Assembly: GCA_964016885.1 (NCBI GenBank)
Contig: OZ024746.1
Span: 3,286,001 to 3,350,000 of the forward strand
Source: Eledone cirrhosa
Lineage: Eukaryota
Length of the DNA stretch: 64,000 nucleotides
Direction of reading: 5' to 3'
This document shows positions 28,550-42,606 of the stretch, piece by piece. The number at the start of each line of letters is the position of its first letter. Within the stretch, counting starts at the first letter, position 1. The position numbers and the translations under genes are program-made. Below the pieces are notes generated by a model. It did not search any database. It had not been told where the DNA came from and was given only the letters and a program-made list of their open reading frames with translations.

Positions 28550-31500
28550 ATAAAGACAAATTCACCTCGTGGACGAGAATGCGAGCACTCCTCTTTGTTT
28601 CGACCGCGGACAGCTAACATAACCCCATCTCCCCCCCGCCCCCCACCGCCCCCACCCTCCAAACGCAATCCAAAACTTCAGAGTTGGTACCATAAATGTA
28701 GGCACCCTAAAGGGTCGCGCTAACGAAGTTGTAGAAATGCTTGAACATAAGGAGGTCGATGTTTGTTGTATTCAAGAGACCAGGTGGAGGGGTGGGTCTG
28801 CTAGATTCATTGAGGGTAAAAAACGATGTTATAAGCTTTTCTGGGTGGGAAACGACGATGGGCTGGGTGGAGTAGGAATCATGGTAGCAGAAAAGTGGGC
28901 AGATAAGATAATAGACGTAAATAGAGTGAACGACAGAATAATTAAAATAAGACTTGTCTTAAATAGAACTACGGTGACAGTAATATCCGCGTATGCACCC
29001 CAATCCGGACTGCCCGGCACTATAAAAGACAGATTCTATGAGACATTGATGCTCGCTACCTCCCAAATAACCGACAGTGACTATATAGTTATTGCAGGCG
29101 ACCTAAATTACTGTTGGACAACATTGTGACGGCTATGACGGAATCCATGGAGGCTATGGGTTTGGTACTAGAAATGAGGAAGGCTCCAGAATCCTGGAAT
29201 TCTGTGACGCAAATAACCTAACTATCTGTAACACTAACTTCAAAAAACGTGACAATCACCTGATCACCTATAGATCAGGGGAACACACAAGCCAGGTAGA
29301 TTATATCCTTACCAGAAGACGTGACAGAGTGTCCGTTGTAAACACTAAATCCCTCCCCCATGAAGAATGCACCTCCCAACATAGACTGATAATTAGCGAC
29401 CTCATAGTCAGGACGAGACGTACTCGACAGCAGAAGAGGACTATCCTCAGGAGAAAAATATGGAAGCTAAAGGACCCCGCAGCCAGAAATAAATTTCAAA
29501 GGATATTACTTGATGCTTTCGACAGTAAGGAAGAGCATTTAAAGTCGGACAATATAGAGAGACAGTGGGAATTTCTGAAAGCAAACCTGCTGATGGCGTT
29601 AGACGAAGTCTGTGGCTGGAGCAGGCCAGTAGGCAGGAGGAGAGTAACATGGTGGTGGAACAGTAAGGTGAAGGGGTCAATTAAGGCCAAAAAGCAGGCT
29701 TGGAAAGTATGGCGGGATGGGGGAAGTAGAGAAGACTATCAAGTGGCCAGGAGGGAAGCTAGGAGACAAGTGTACTTCGCAAGAAGGGAAGCAGAGGAAA
29801 GAAAGTTCAAGCATGTTCTACAACGCGAGGACCAAAAACGTGAGGTGTTCAGGATTGCTAGGCAATGTGTCAAGGAAAACCGTGATATTGTCGGGGAGAA
29901 GTGTGTACTTAATGATGACGGCGTACTTGCCATCACCGATGCTGATAAGAAGTAGCTTGGAAGTGGCACTATGAAAGGCTACTAAATGAGGAGAATAAAT
30001 GGGAGAAAGACAGTCTTCCCCACATCGACCCAATAGAGGGACCAGCAGTGTTAGTCGAGGGGAGTATAATAAGTAAGGCAATCAAGGTTATGAAGACGGG
30101 TAAGGCGGCTGGGCCTTCGGAAATAGTCGCTGAGATGCTGAAGGCATCTGGCACGGTGGGACACACCATGGTCACCCGCATAGTTAACCAAGTCGTACAG
30201 AATGGGGTTGTTCCGAAGGACTGGCATAGCAGCATCATCGTTAACTGTTATAAGGGTAAAGGAGATGCCCTAGATAGGAGTAACTATAGAGGCATTAAAT
30301 TAATCGGCCAGGTCATGAAGGTCACGGAAAAAGTAATAGCGCAACTAATCAGAGAGAGAATTGACCTAGATGAAATGCAGTTCGGGTTTGTGTCAGGCAA
30401 AAGTACCACAGACGCTCTTTTCATTGTACGACAACTACAGGAGAAGTACCTAGCTAAAGGTAAACCCCTCTACTTAGCTTTTGTCGACTTGGAGAAAGCC
30501 TTCGACAGAGTCCCTCGCTCCATTATCTGGTGGGCTCTTAGAAAACTAGGTGTTGACGAATGGCTTGTGAGAGCGATACAAGCCATGTATAAAGAAACAG
30601 TCAGCAAGGTTAGAATTAACAACGAACATAGTGAAGAGTTTAGCGTAAAAGTTGCCGTCCATCAGGGCTCTGTTCTCAGCCCCCTACTATTTATTATTGC
30701 CCTTCAGGCTATAACAGAGGAGTTCAAGACCGGCTGCCCATGGGAACTCCTATACGCAGACGACCTGACATTCATAGCTGAATCAATGGCCGAGCTAGAG
30801 AAGAATTCCAAACACGGAAGCATGGCCTAGAATCAAAAGGCCTTAAAATTAACCTGGCTAAGACTAAAGTTCTAGTTTGTAGGAAGGAAAATAGGGCACC
30901 AGTCCCATCTGGGAAATGGCCATGCTCAGTGTGTAGGAAAGGCGTAGGTAGAAACTCCATTTTATGTCCCAAATGCAAAGTATGGGTGCATAAAAGATGT
31001 AGTGGGATCACAGGTAAGCTAACTAAGAACATAGATTTTACATGTGGCCGGTGCTCTGGTGCATTAAGTAGCAGCAAGTGCCCACAAAATACTAGCTCGT
31101 ACAACTGCGCAGAGGGCTCTATAGAAATAGTGGACAGCTTCCGTTACCTGGGTGACAAGATCAGCAGTGGGGGAGGGTGCTCAGAAAGTACAGTAGCTAG
31201 AGTCGGAACTGGATGGAAAAAGTTCAGAGAGCTTATACCACTATTAGCTGCTAAAGGGTTCTCCCTAAAAATGAAAGGCAGGTTGTATGATGCCTGCATA
31301 CGAACAGCAATGTTGCATGGCAGTGAGACCTGGGCATTGTGTGCAGAGGATATACGCAGACTAGAGAGGAATGAAGCTTGCATGCTCCGCTGGATGTGTA
31401 ACAGTAATATACGTGAACGGCAAAGCATAAACGAACTAAGGAAAAAATTAGAAATAAGAGGGATCAGATGTTGTTTACTCGAGAGAAGGCTACGTTGGTA

Positions 31501-32093
31501 TGGACACGTGATGCGCATGAAAGTCGATAGCTGTATAACAAAGTGCAGGGCAATAAAGATAGACGGTAGCCACGGAATAGGCAGACCTAGAAAAACCTGG
31601 GACGAGCTGATAAACTCCGACCTCACACACTTACACCTCTCCAAGACAATGTCACTGGACCGAGACCTTTGGCGGTACTCAGTAACAGAGAAGACCCGCC
31701 TTACCTAAATACATAGTAAAACCTACTACAGCCAGTAGGCATCTCTAACAAAATACACCCCCGTCCCACCACCCCCACCCCATCCACACCACCCCCTTCT
31801 ATGTAAAGTTATGTCGGTGCCACGCCATCCAGGCCGAAACAAATGAGATCGTGTAGGTGTCACGACAAAAAAACACACAGTCCACGCTGTAATGTGGCCG
31901 TGTAGGCAACACGGTAAAAACCTCCCAGACCCACACTGTAAATGTGGTTGGTGTTAGGAAGGGCATCCAACTGTAGAAAACCTGCCAGACAGTCCTATGC
32001 GAGCAAGACAATCACTCTTGCCTCAAGTGGGAATACCCCCGTCCAAACCCATGCAAGCGTGGAACACGGACGTTAAACGTTGATGATGATGAT
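28550..32093 (+). mobile_element. Near full-length RTE-clade LINE family B (APE + RT), frameshifted
   Basis: APE motifs (RVGTINVGTL, CIQETRW, SAYAPQ, AGDLN, SQVDYIL, SQHRL), RT motifs (KAAGPSEI, YRGIKL, YADD, FRYLG). Frameshifts near 29105, 29953 and 30805; (GAT)n tail. Confidence 0.95.
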
Positions 32094-32135
32094 ATATATA
32101 AATAATATATATATATATATATAGATATATATATA

Positions 32136-32259
<124 letters not shown>

Positions 32260-32266
32260 TATATAT

Positions 32267-32724
32267 ATCATCATCATCATCAGGTTTAGCGTCCGTGTTC
32301 CACGCTTGCATGGGTTTGGACGGGGGTTTTCCCACTTGAGGCAAGAGTGGTTGTCTTGCTCGCATAGGACTGTCTGGCGGGTTTTCTACAGTTGGATGCC
32401 CTTCCTAACACCAACCACATTTACAGTGTGGGGCTGGGAGGTTTTTACCGTGTTGCCTACACGGCCACATTACAGCGTGGACTGTCTGGCGGGTTTTCTA
32501 CAGCTGGATGCCCTTCCTAACACCAACCACATTTACAGTGTGGGGCTGGGAGGTTTTTACCGTGTTGCCTACACGGCCACATTTACAGCGTGGACTGTGT
32601 GTTTTTTGTCGTGACACCTACACGATCTCATTTGTTTCGGCCTGGATGTTGTGGGACCAACATAACTTTACATTGAAAGGGGCGGTGTGGGTGGGGTGGA
32701 GGTGGTGGGACGGGGGTGTGTTTT
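32267..32724 (-). mobile_element. RTE family B 3' UTR fragment, inverted relative to the upstream copy, with internal duplication
   Basis: Reverse complement of ~31754-32090, with a ~118-bp segment duplicated. Confidence 0.9.
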
Positions 32725-32797
32725 GAATATATATATATATAAATATATATATATATTTATATATATATATATATATAAATATATAAATAATATATAT

Positions 32798-32830
<33 letters not shown>

Positions 32831-32846
32831 AATATATATATATATT

Positions 32847-32879
<33 letters not shown>

Positions 32880-33004
32880 GTAGGAGGTGAGTTTTATTGT
32901 AGTACAATAAAGCAATGCAGATATCGGATAAGAAGCACTCTACAGTTTGTGGGACTGGAGTATGCATAATATAAGATCAAAAGATGGTTAAAGGAGTTCA
33001 ATAT

Positions 33005-33073
33005 ATTTTATTATGCGCATTTCAAAAACAAACATCATCAAACAATAATATTTGTGTTTTCATCAGATAAAAC
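33005..33073 (-). ncRNA. Type I hammerhead ribozyme (intact core) in a Penelope-like fragment (~32880-33135)
   Basis: Minus strand: GTTTTAT-CTGATGA-(16-bp helix II, one mismatch)-GAAA-TGCGCA-TA-ATAAAAT. Helix III is the palindrome ATGCGCAT. Confidence 0.75.
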
Positions 33074-33132
33074 AGGAGAACATGATATGAAGGCTAAAAA
33101 AACACTTGTTGATAGTGCAGTTTTAAATCAAC

Positions 33133-33190
<58 letters not shown>

Positions 33191-33489
33191 AAAATAAATT
33201 TTACTTCTTACATTGTTTCAGCCATACCACAGCGATTAACAGTGTGCGTGTACGCATATGTATACTTTGTTAATGCTATTGGTATAGAATCTTCAGAGAA
33301 GACATAATTAAAGACTTTACTCTAATACTTCAAATTTTCATGACAATCTGTCCACTTGTGAAGATACTATACACATTTGAATTAACAAATCTTTTTCTTA
33401 GATATTTTCTGCTAAATCACTGTAGGATGTTAAGAGTTTAACATTTGGTTTTTAATGACATTGACTGTTATGTTCTATCTATACTTTTA

Positions 33490-33670
33490 TGGCCATAGAC
33501 ATGGCTAAGTGCCTAAGGCATTTGGTTTGTAATCATGGAACCCCAGGTTCAATCCCACCATATGGCATCTTAGGCAAGTGTCTTTACCATAGCCTTGGCT
33601 TGAACCAAATCTTCAGCATGCAATTAGGTAGACAGAAACTGTGTGGAAGCCCATTGAATGGATTGTATCT
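33490..33670 (+). mobile_element. Diverged tRNA-derived SINE (related copy 41908-42055)
   Basis: A-box-like TGGCTAAGTG, B-box GGTTCAATCCC, GGCAAGTGTCTT body shared with 41908-42055. Confidence 0.65.
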
Positions 33671-34979
33671 GTAATTCAAATATATAACCATGTTACATGT
33701 AGTGTAACACTGATTTAAGTTAGAAGTGTGTGTGTGTGTGTGTGTGTGTCAAATACTCGGGTGTTAATCATCAAAACCAACAAAGGACCCATCATAATAT
33801 TTCTTTATTTCAACCTTCTAAAGTCGATCCCTTACACCATTTCCAGAATGGTTGTTCCACATAGTTTAGCATTCATTTCTTATTGCAAGCGTATCAATAT
33901 TATTGAACTGTCCTATTTGAGTTCAATCTTCTAGTTAGTTGTGTCCTCCCATTCCACGTGGAATATTCTGCATCTTTTGTGGTCTTCTGCCAGAGATTTG
34001 GCATTGCCCAACTCCTCCTTCACGACTGTCCCCTTCCACGTTGTTAATGGACATCCATGTTTCCTTTTTCCACCTTCTTGCTTCCAATCAAGAGAGAGCC
34101 TTCTTATAGTTGTACTTAATTTTATTATTTTGTAAACAACTTATTACTAAATACACATCTATCAGAAAGTATGGAGATTTGGTGTGAGAGGGGGTTATTT
34201 GCTCTAAAGGTGTTAAATTTGTCTCAGGTTAATCTGAACTGCAGGATTTTGTTTGTTTTTTTAACTGTTACTGGCTTTGAATTTTTCTTTTTCACTTAGA
34301 GACTTTTCTGTTGATGGTACTCTCTTCCCTCTTGGTATCTGTTCTTTTCATTGGATTAAGTTACTAACAAAACTTGTATTGTTTTACCTCCTCTTAGACT
34401 TTAATTCAATGTCTGTCTTTATCTTGCTTGATAATATAGACAAACAGAAGCACAAACTATATGGTCTGCCAGATTTAGTGTGGGTACCAGGTAATTATAT
34501 TTTTATAATTTTCTCACCTGGCTTCTATTTATCTTTTTTGTTCTAACTAACCTGTTGTTGTTTTTTTATATTGTTTTTCCAGTCATTTTAGATGTTTCTG
34601 AAAATTACATATTTTATCAGTTATTGTTTTTGGACTGGATATTTAGTGATCTGTCTCTAGAGATTTACTCTGCACCCTTAAATCTTTCAAAATAATTGTC
34701 TACTAAATTTGGTTTCCAAAACCTTTCTTATAATTCTTGTGTTGATGACTGAATTAATTAATAATGAAAGTTAGTATGTGCATGGATTTATAACCTGTCC
34801 ATTCTTTCTTCAGTGTTTCTATGTGTGGATGTCAGTGCCTGTCTATGTTATCAGTATATCGATGTTCTGTTGTTGTTTTTATTTTTGTTTGATTGTTTGT
34901 TTTTCAAAGTTGTTGGTCTTTACCTTTTTTTAGCTTGTTCAGGTAGGTTTCATGTGTGTCTGTTTTCTTCTCCTGCCAG

Positions 34980-35147
34980 TTCGCAGCCAGTCGCCTTCTG
35001 ATGGCAGTGAGGGCACAGGCGATGAGCTCGTCGTTAGAAGGAAACCTCGTTCTTTTAAAAAGAAATGTCGCTCTCCAACAATGGAGAGCAGTACATGCAT
35101 CATTAGTCCACCTTTATCAGACAGTGATAATGTAGGCTCACCTCCCC
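34980..35147 (+). CDS. RhoGAPp190: p190-type RhoGAP coding exon (VRSQSPSDGSEG...NVGSPP)
   Basis: Pyrimidine tract + CAG, C|GTAAGT donor, phase 1-1. GC-richer open frame. Confidence 0.8.
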
Positions 35148-36829
35148 GTAAGTACGTCTAAACAGTTTATTGTCAACAAACATTGTTTTGTTGGTCACAC
35201 ATCGTTACGCTAGTGGTTGTATTGTCACGTCAAGACACGCTTTAAAAACTATTTAATTATCTTCTTTTTTTTTTTTTATCTTTTGAGTTAATTTTTAACC
35301 AATTTTCCCCCCTCCCAGTTTATTTTATTTCAATGTTTCCCTACCTGTTGTGACTTATAACACCTGTGGTTTTCAGTACGTATTTCAACAACAAGCTGTT
35401 CATATCAATTTCATTAAAATAGTTGTTTTGTTTGTTTTGTTTTTTTTAAACTTACTTTTTACTATTCTAAAAAAAAAAAGAACCTCGGTCCAGTGGGCAG
35501 GTTCTTTGTTTCAGTATATTGTATAAGTTGGTATGTGAGATAATTTTGAATTTTCAAACAATTAATAAAAGTGATGCAATTTTTACAGTTGAATTACCCC
35601 CCACCCCCTCCCTTCCATGGACAAATGGACAAGAATTTGAAAATCTCTAGGGTTTTTTGCCACCCCATTGAATCTAAATCTTACAATAGCCAACTTTCAT
35701 CAGACTTATAGGTCATTAAAATAAGTATCAGTTGTATACTTAAACCAATCTAATTGACTTATATCATCATTTTTCTATAAACATTGCCCTTTCTTTATTA
35801 TTTTATTATGAAATGAGATAAAACAACTATTATTTTGTGTCATTTTCCAGCAAACATTTTTATCTGAATAAAATTCTGCTTTAATTTCAATTTGATTCTA
35901 ATTTGAAAACATCTAACAATTGTAATGTTCATTGGGCTTCCAATATAAAAGTTTGGATTTTAACAAAAGTCAAGTTTTTCTTTTATATTTTCTTTTCTTA
36001 AGTTGGCCATTAGATGGCCTGCTTACCATTTCTTATCACAATCAGACAATCAGTTGAAAAGAACTATTTGTCCTTCACATATCAAACATTATCTCACACG
36101 CTATCATAATTATATTACATCATTCCTGTCATTGTAATTAATTGTTTCCATTTCTTTTTCTTCATTTTATGTTTCAGCCATTTGCTTTACAGTTAGCTGC
36201 TGTGATACCGCTGCCAATTGCATGTTATTGTTGGGGGGGGGGGGTCATTCTTTCATTGGGGGCTTCTATTTATTATTGGGTAATACCTTCATTTGCTTCT
36301 TGTTCATTTTGTTGCCAAGCTGGTCTTTTATGCTACTTTAGTTTTGCTTTGTGAAACCAACTTATATATTGTTTTTTATTCAGGTTCCATTGTTTTTTGT
36401 TCTTTTATATTAATCTTTACTTATGACAGTTATGTAATTTAATTCATGTTCATGTAATTACATTCATTATATATTATTAACTATATTAACACCCAACACA
36501 CACACACACACACACCCAACACACACAAACATATTTGAAGAAGATAATTATTTACACTATTTCAGAGTAAATGTTTCCCAAAATATGTAATCTTATAAAT
36601 TTTGTTTGCATACTAATAGTAGATATCTAATATATATTTTCCACTTTAATATCTGTGAGATGTTGAACTAGTAACTATTAAAGACTGTTAGTCACTGTCA
36701 TAACCCTGAACAATACACATACCTCTGATGATGGACAGTTGGTAGTAGGGAGGATATTCTGAATATGGAAATATGTATATTTCCAATGTTGTTATGATTT
36801 GACATTTCTATATAATTACAGTATCCTGG

Positions 36830-37430
36830 AAGGGGAACCTGTGTTATTTCCACACTTTATTAAGACTTAAATGAACTTGTTTTAAAGCAAACTCAGAACA
36901 ACAATACTCGAATAGAACATGTTAAGGCTGATAACAATCTAAAAAATCTAAGAGGTTTAACAATTTAACAAATAAAAAGATAAAAGAAAACCTACATTTC
37001 AGCACCTGGGCCAAAACTTGCTAATTACAGGTATGAGAAATTGCTAATCAGTAAGTTAGGACTAAGGTCTCATCAACATGCCGTCCTAATAATATCGAAA
37101 AAATTCTTGTGTGTAGAGAAAGGTAAAACCAAGTTTATGCCGTCGTGTTTGACTAGAACTGCGAAAGAATTTGCAGTATTTGACAAAAACAGGCTATTAA
37201 GGTAGTTTGGCAGGAGCCTGATTACAAGGTTATATATATATAATCTTAAAGTCACCGTCACCATTTAAGATTACTTAATTTTTCTTTTTATGTCTCTCTG
37301 AGCAAGAGATGGAAACCAAAAGCCTAGCAATTACTAGCAACTCTCAGGGAGAAGCAGAATCAAATTAAAAAAATGAAGGATAAACTTCCTGAATTGATTT
37401 ACATACTAAGGAAGGGGGCGTGTGATCTTT
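36830..37430 (+). mobile_element. Possible heavily decayed LINE RT fragment
   Basis: SAPGP..NY..KL-like translation near 36998. The rest is weak. Confidence 0.3.
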
Positions 37431-37749
37431 TTCTAAGAAAAGGACAATTATATACATGTTTCAGTTTGTTTTGCTTCATTAGCATAATACAATCACACTT
37501 TACTAGAAAACTAGAAATTATATTTTTACATTTATGAAGAGTTAAATGTATTTTTAACTACTCTTAGGTCTCAAATAATTTACATCATTAGAAATTAAAA
37601 AAGCTAAGAGAAATACTTCAGTTGGGCCAATGGTGTGAATTTCAATTAATTTAATGCTATTACTAGACTCAGTCATTTTTTTAATTTCCAGAAGACAAAA
37701 CAAAAATCTAGCAGCAATATACTCACTCTCTCACACACACGCGCACACA

Positions 37750-37990
37750 CACACACACACACACATATTATTAAGTCAACACACACACACATGTTATTAT
37801 TAAGTCAACACACACACACATGTTATTATTAAGTCAACACACACACACGTTATTAAGTCAACACACACACACGTTATTAAGTCAACACACACACACACAC
37901 AAGTTATTATTAAGTCAACACACACTCACACACATATGTTATTATTACGTCAGCACACACACTCACACACGTTATTATTAAGTCAGCATA
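37750..37990. repeat. Compound (CA)n-GTTATTAAGTCAA minisatellite
   Basis: Direct inspection. Confidence 0.85.
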
Positions 37991-38129
37991 CTCACACATA
38001 CTTACATTTACACATTCACACACACAGACACATGAAAAGTAATTTTTTTTCTTTTTTATCTTAATATTGCTTATAAATTGTACAAAGCTCTGATAATAAA
38101 ACCCTGTAATGAAATGATACTTTTTACAG

Positions 38130-38200
38130 ATCGTTATGAAGAAAATCTATATGAAACAATTTGTCCCTTAGTTGACTATAATCCAGGTACACTTTCAAAG
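38130..38200 (+). CDS. RhoGAPp190: p190-type RhoGAP coding exon (RYEENLYETICPLVDYNPGTLSK)
   Basis: TTTTTACAG acceptor, AAG|GTAAAA donor, phase 1-0. EENLY resembles p190A EENIY. Confidence 0.75.
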
Positions 38201-38898
38201 GTAAAATTAACATTATTTTTACTAGTTCAACTAATAATTACTAACAAAACTGTGTGTGTGTACATTCATTTTTTTCTAGAATATAAAGAGATCTAAAATA
38301 AAACTGTCATTAGCAACTACCGATGTGTGTGTTTCTATTGAGGTAATGATGAGATTAAGACATTTGTTGTTGATTGATATGATGTCATATACTTAACACT
38401 GTTGTGGTAGACTGTATAGCCATCCAATCCATTTAAACCGGTTATCAACCGGTGCTTTCTGTGTGGAAGCTTGGTTTGGCTGTGACAGTGGATGTTGCAT
38501 ATATTAAGAAAATAATATAATGTAGTAAAACATATCAAGAAAAGCCAACAAACTGCTTCCATGTTACCTTGAATGTAAGATCGAGTCTGTATGGTTTGGT
38601 TAGTTTTCTAACTTTCACCATTTCTTTACTGAGATTCAATTTCTCATATTGATCTATTTTATTTTACTTTTATTAGTTAAAAATAATTTCTTAAAATACT
38701 TAATAGGAAAGCAGTTTGTCGAGGCATTCTTGTCCCTGTTTAACAAAACATCTTTTTTTAAAATAACTTCCTTATTACTATGAATATAACATGTTTATGT
38801 AAATGTCGGTGAACGATTATAAGGGGAGATAAGTGTGTGTGTTTGCATGTTTTAATTGAATTGTCCTTTACACGTGATTAAACTTTCTCTATTCCTAG

Positions 38899-39036
38899 TA
38901 TGATAACTTAGATGACGATGGAGATCTCACTGATGGTAGCAATTGGAAGGACAAGTTCCATGTGAAAATTCGCCACAAAGAAAGCACAACTGACAGAGCA
39001 AAGAAAAAGGAAGAGAAAAAGAGGCAGAAAGAAGAG
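38899..39036 (+). CDS. RhoGAPp190: p190-type RhoGAP coding exon (YDNLDDDGD...KKRQKEE)
   Basis: TTCCTAG acceptor, GAG|GTTTGG donor, phase 0-0. Charged coiled/polybasic run continues into the next exon. Confidence 0.85.
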
Positions 39037-39648
39037 GTTTGGAGATTTTGAACATTTTCAAGTTCTTGTAATTTTCTCTAATTTATCATCATCATTTAAC
39101 ATCTATTTTCCATGCTAGCATGGGTTAGACAGGTTGTCCCATTTGAGGCAAGTCAGGTCAGGTGACTGTGTCTTATTTTCCATGTTTTATAGTTTACGGA
39201 TGATAAACATAATTTCTTCATAACTTAGACTCCTCGTGTCAAATGTACACTACTTCAGTGAACAAAGACTTTGAAAGCAGTCTCCTGTGACAGTTCATCA
39301 GTTTGATGAAATAACCACCAAATATATCAATGACAAAACAACAAACTACACCACCACCCCCTTTACTCATGAATGACTTAACAGAACCCTTCACATACTT
39401 TACAAATTCTAAGGTTCAAAATTTAAAGCTCTCTTCAGAAGACCATATCATCATCATCATTTAACATCCTTCTTCTCTGCTAGCAAGGGTTAGACAGGTC
39501 TTCACAGACCAAGTTAGTATTCAAGCAGAACTACACACATCTCAGAAAGGCTAGGAGCCATACATTTATTGAATGTACAATACATCTTCCCCTCTCTAAC
39601 CATTGCTGATATGTTATTGTTTGTTTGTTGTATATCTTTTTCAAACAG

Positions 39649-39820
39649 GAGAAAAAGCTTAAAGAACAGCAAAAATTGCAGAAGAAAATTAAAAAGAAAG
39701 ATGGAAAAATATCTGGTGCATCCCAAAGTGGTTTAGTATTAGAAGACTATCAAGTGTCAACTAAGAACCCAGGAGTACCTTTATTTGTAGAAAGATGTGT
39801 TGAATTTATTGATGAAGAAG
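39649..39820 (+). CDS. RhoGAPp190: RhoGAP exon: polybasic region + start of GAP domain (PGVPLFVERCVEFIDEE)
   Basis: CAG acceptor, G|GTACCC donor, phase 0-1. Canonical RhoGAP helix A motif. Confidence 0.92.
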
Positions 39821-40231
39821 GTACCCAGCTTGTCTTATTTTTTACTTCTTTTTCACTTCTGCTATGTTGAATTCATTGATTAAATTAATTCCTGCATTTT
39901 TGAAAAGATATTAAATATTTTGTAAATCCCTTAAATACACAACTTTTTTCGAAGACAACATTAGTGTACATTGTCGAATACAGCACTTTATATATTTTAA
40001 ATATGAAAGTATATTTGATTATGTACATAACTTTGAATACACAACTATACTTATATCACTGAATTTAGAATTATATTTATGAACCTAGAATTATATTTAC
40101 TGAACTTAGAATTATATTTATGAATTTAGAATCACTGAACTTAGTAATGAAATAATCAATAATTTTAGTAAATTTTTCAAAATTCTCCATTAATTAATTA
40201 AAATAGAGTATATTCCATTAGAAATGTGATT

Positions 40232-40923
40232 ATCATCATCATCACCGTTTTACGTCCGTTCTTCCACGCTAGCATGGGTTAGACGGGTTGTCCTGTTGTG
40301 GGCAGTGTCTGGTCGGCTGACCATGCCTTGCTCATACAGGAACTGATCTGGCTTGATTTCTACAGCTGGATGCCCTTCCTAACACCAACCTCATTTACAG
40401 TGAGTGCTGGGTGCTTTTTCGTGGCGCCTACACGTCCACTTTACAGTGTGGGGTGGGTGCTTTTTTGCCGTGGCACCTCCACGACCACCTTGCGGTGGGG
40501 GGAGTGGGGGCATATTGTTTATATGCTTCAGCATGTACCCATGGGAGGTCGGGTACCCTGTATTACTGCGTGACGCCAGAAGTCACGGTCTTTGAGAGGT
40601 GTAGTTGGGTAAGGTCGGCTTTTATCACCTCATCCCAAGTCATCTTGGGTCTCCCCACTCCGCGGTTTCCATCAACTTCTAGTGCTCTGCGCCTTTTTAT
40701 GAAGCTGTCATCCTTCATACGCATCACATGTCCATACCAGCGTAACCGCCTCTCCTGCACGCAGCATTTGATTCCTCTTATGCTCAGTCTCTCTCTCAAT
40801 TCCTTTATGCTTTGTCGTTCACGTATATTACTGTTACACATCCATCGGAGCATGCAGGCTTCGTTTCTCTCTAATCTACGTAAGTCTTCCACCTTCAGCG
40901 CCCAGGTCTCACTACCATGCAAC
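40232..40923 (-). mobile_element. RTE family A 3' fragment (antisense to gene)
   Basis: Near-identical reverse complement of ~23940-24650. Confidence 0.95.
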
Positions 40924-41101
40924 AAATTATGAAAAGGTTAATGTTAATTTAACTAAATCCATTTTCCAGATTGGAACTAATTATAGCCAACCAAGAGCAA
41001 AACATGTTCTATATATATATATATAGTACATGTTCTACTTATATATATATAGTACATGTTCTATATATATATATATACATGTTTATATATATGTAGTACA
41101 T

Positions 41102-41156
<55 letters not shown>

Positions 41157-42335
41157 GTGTGTTGTATCTGTAGAGGTGATGAGAGATTTTAGCCACTGGA
41201 AATAAAGTTAATCAACTCAGTGGGGATGAGTAGAAATACAGTTGTTGAGTGAATAAATAAAAGGATTTTGTGAGGGAAATAAATATATAAACTTTTTACA
41301 TCATCATCATCGTTTTTATGTTTTTCCATGCTTGCATGGGTTGGATAGGTCCTTCTCAGCATGGCATCTCTCTACTCATTGCATTCCTTCATCATCTCCT
41401 CTGTGAGTTAGCAATTTGAAGTCAGGTCTTTCTTTATCTGCCTCTACTGTGGCTTCCTTCCACTGGGATTTCCTGGCACTTCTTCACCCAGTGGTCATAA
41501 TTCAAAAAGGGGTAGATGGTTATAGAAATAAAGATAAAATAATGGATTTGAGAAAAGTATCCAAAAAGAAGTGTAAAACACGAAACTTGTGAGGGTTATC
41601 TATAAGAAATCGTATACAAGAACTATATTTACATTAATATTTTTATTTAAATATGACTAGTTAAATGAAGGGCTTTGTATTCTACAATGATAGGTGATAT
41701 CAGGTGAGTTGATACTGAGAGGGTTAATTTTACTCCCTCAGTTTACCTAGATATAGAATAGATACCAAGAATTTAAAAAGTTACAGGTGATAGATAAAAG
41801 ATAACAATCCCATGCCTTTTATCAGCCATTTAATTCAACAAAACTAGCAAATCACTGGTGCATGAACACAGGTGCTCATTAAAGGATTAACAAGATAACA
41901 CGAAATAGGTGCAGGCATGGCTGTGTGGTTAAGGAGTTCACTTCACAAGCATGTGGTTCTGAGTTCAGTCCTGCTGCTTGGCACTTTGGGCAAATGTCTT
42001 CTACTATAGCCTCATGTTGATCAATGCCTTATGGGTAGAATTTGGTAGACAGAATTTTTATGATATTTTTGTTTATTTACTACTTTAACTGAGTATAATT
42101 TATACACTTCATTGAGAGGTCATATACAGAGTCTAGCAGAGATAATTTTCCTCTGGGGTTAGGATATGCCTATGAGAAATGCAACTTTCAGCCTCCAAGA
42201 TGCATGGGAGATTTTCGAGACTTATTTTAGGGGAAAAAATAGCATCTTTGATGCTGGGAAATATAGTAAATAATTTATGAATGCAACATTCTTATTCATT
42301 GACTAAATAATATTTTTTTAAATTATTATATCAAG

Positions 42336-42413
42336 GTATGACAGCCGAAGGTATTTACCGGGTTCCTGGAAATCGTGCCCAAGTAGAGCTACTACTAAAT
42401 AAATTTCAAGAAG
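42336..42413 (+). CDS. RhoGAPp190: RhoGAP exon with catalytic arginine finger (GMTAEGIYRVPGNRAQVE)
   Basis: EGIYRVPG arginine-finger motif, AAG acceptor, G|GTATAT donor, phase 1-1. Confidence 0.95.
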
Positions 42414-42606
42414 GTATATATTTCTGTATATGTGTTTATATATATATCACTGTCTTCATTGTCATTTTATGCTTGTTTATCCATGCTGGCATGGGTTGGA
42501 CAGGTGATATAAAACCAAGTCAGTACTTAGTCAATGTGACTGCTCTTATAGATGTGAACATATCTTTCTCTTTCATGATTTCAGTCTCCCAAGACAAGCT
42601 GGAGAT

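Noticed and set aside
34934-34942. 9-nt microexon (TAG-CTTGTTCAG-GTAGGT)
   Set aside because: The following intron would be only 37 nt. It cannot be supported without RNA data, though mutually exclusive use is not excluded.
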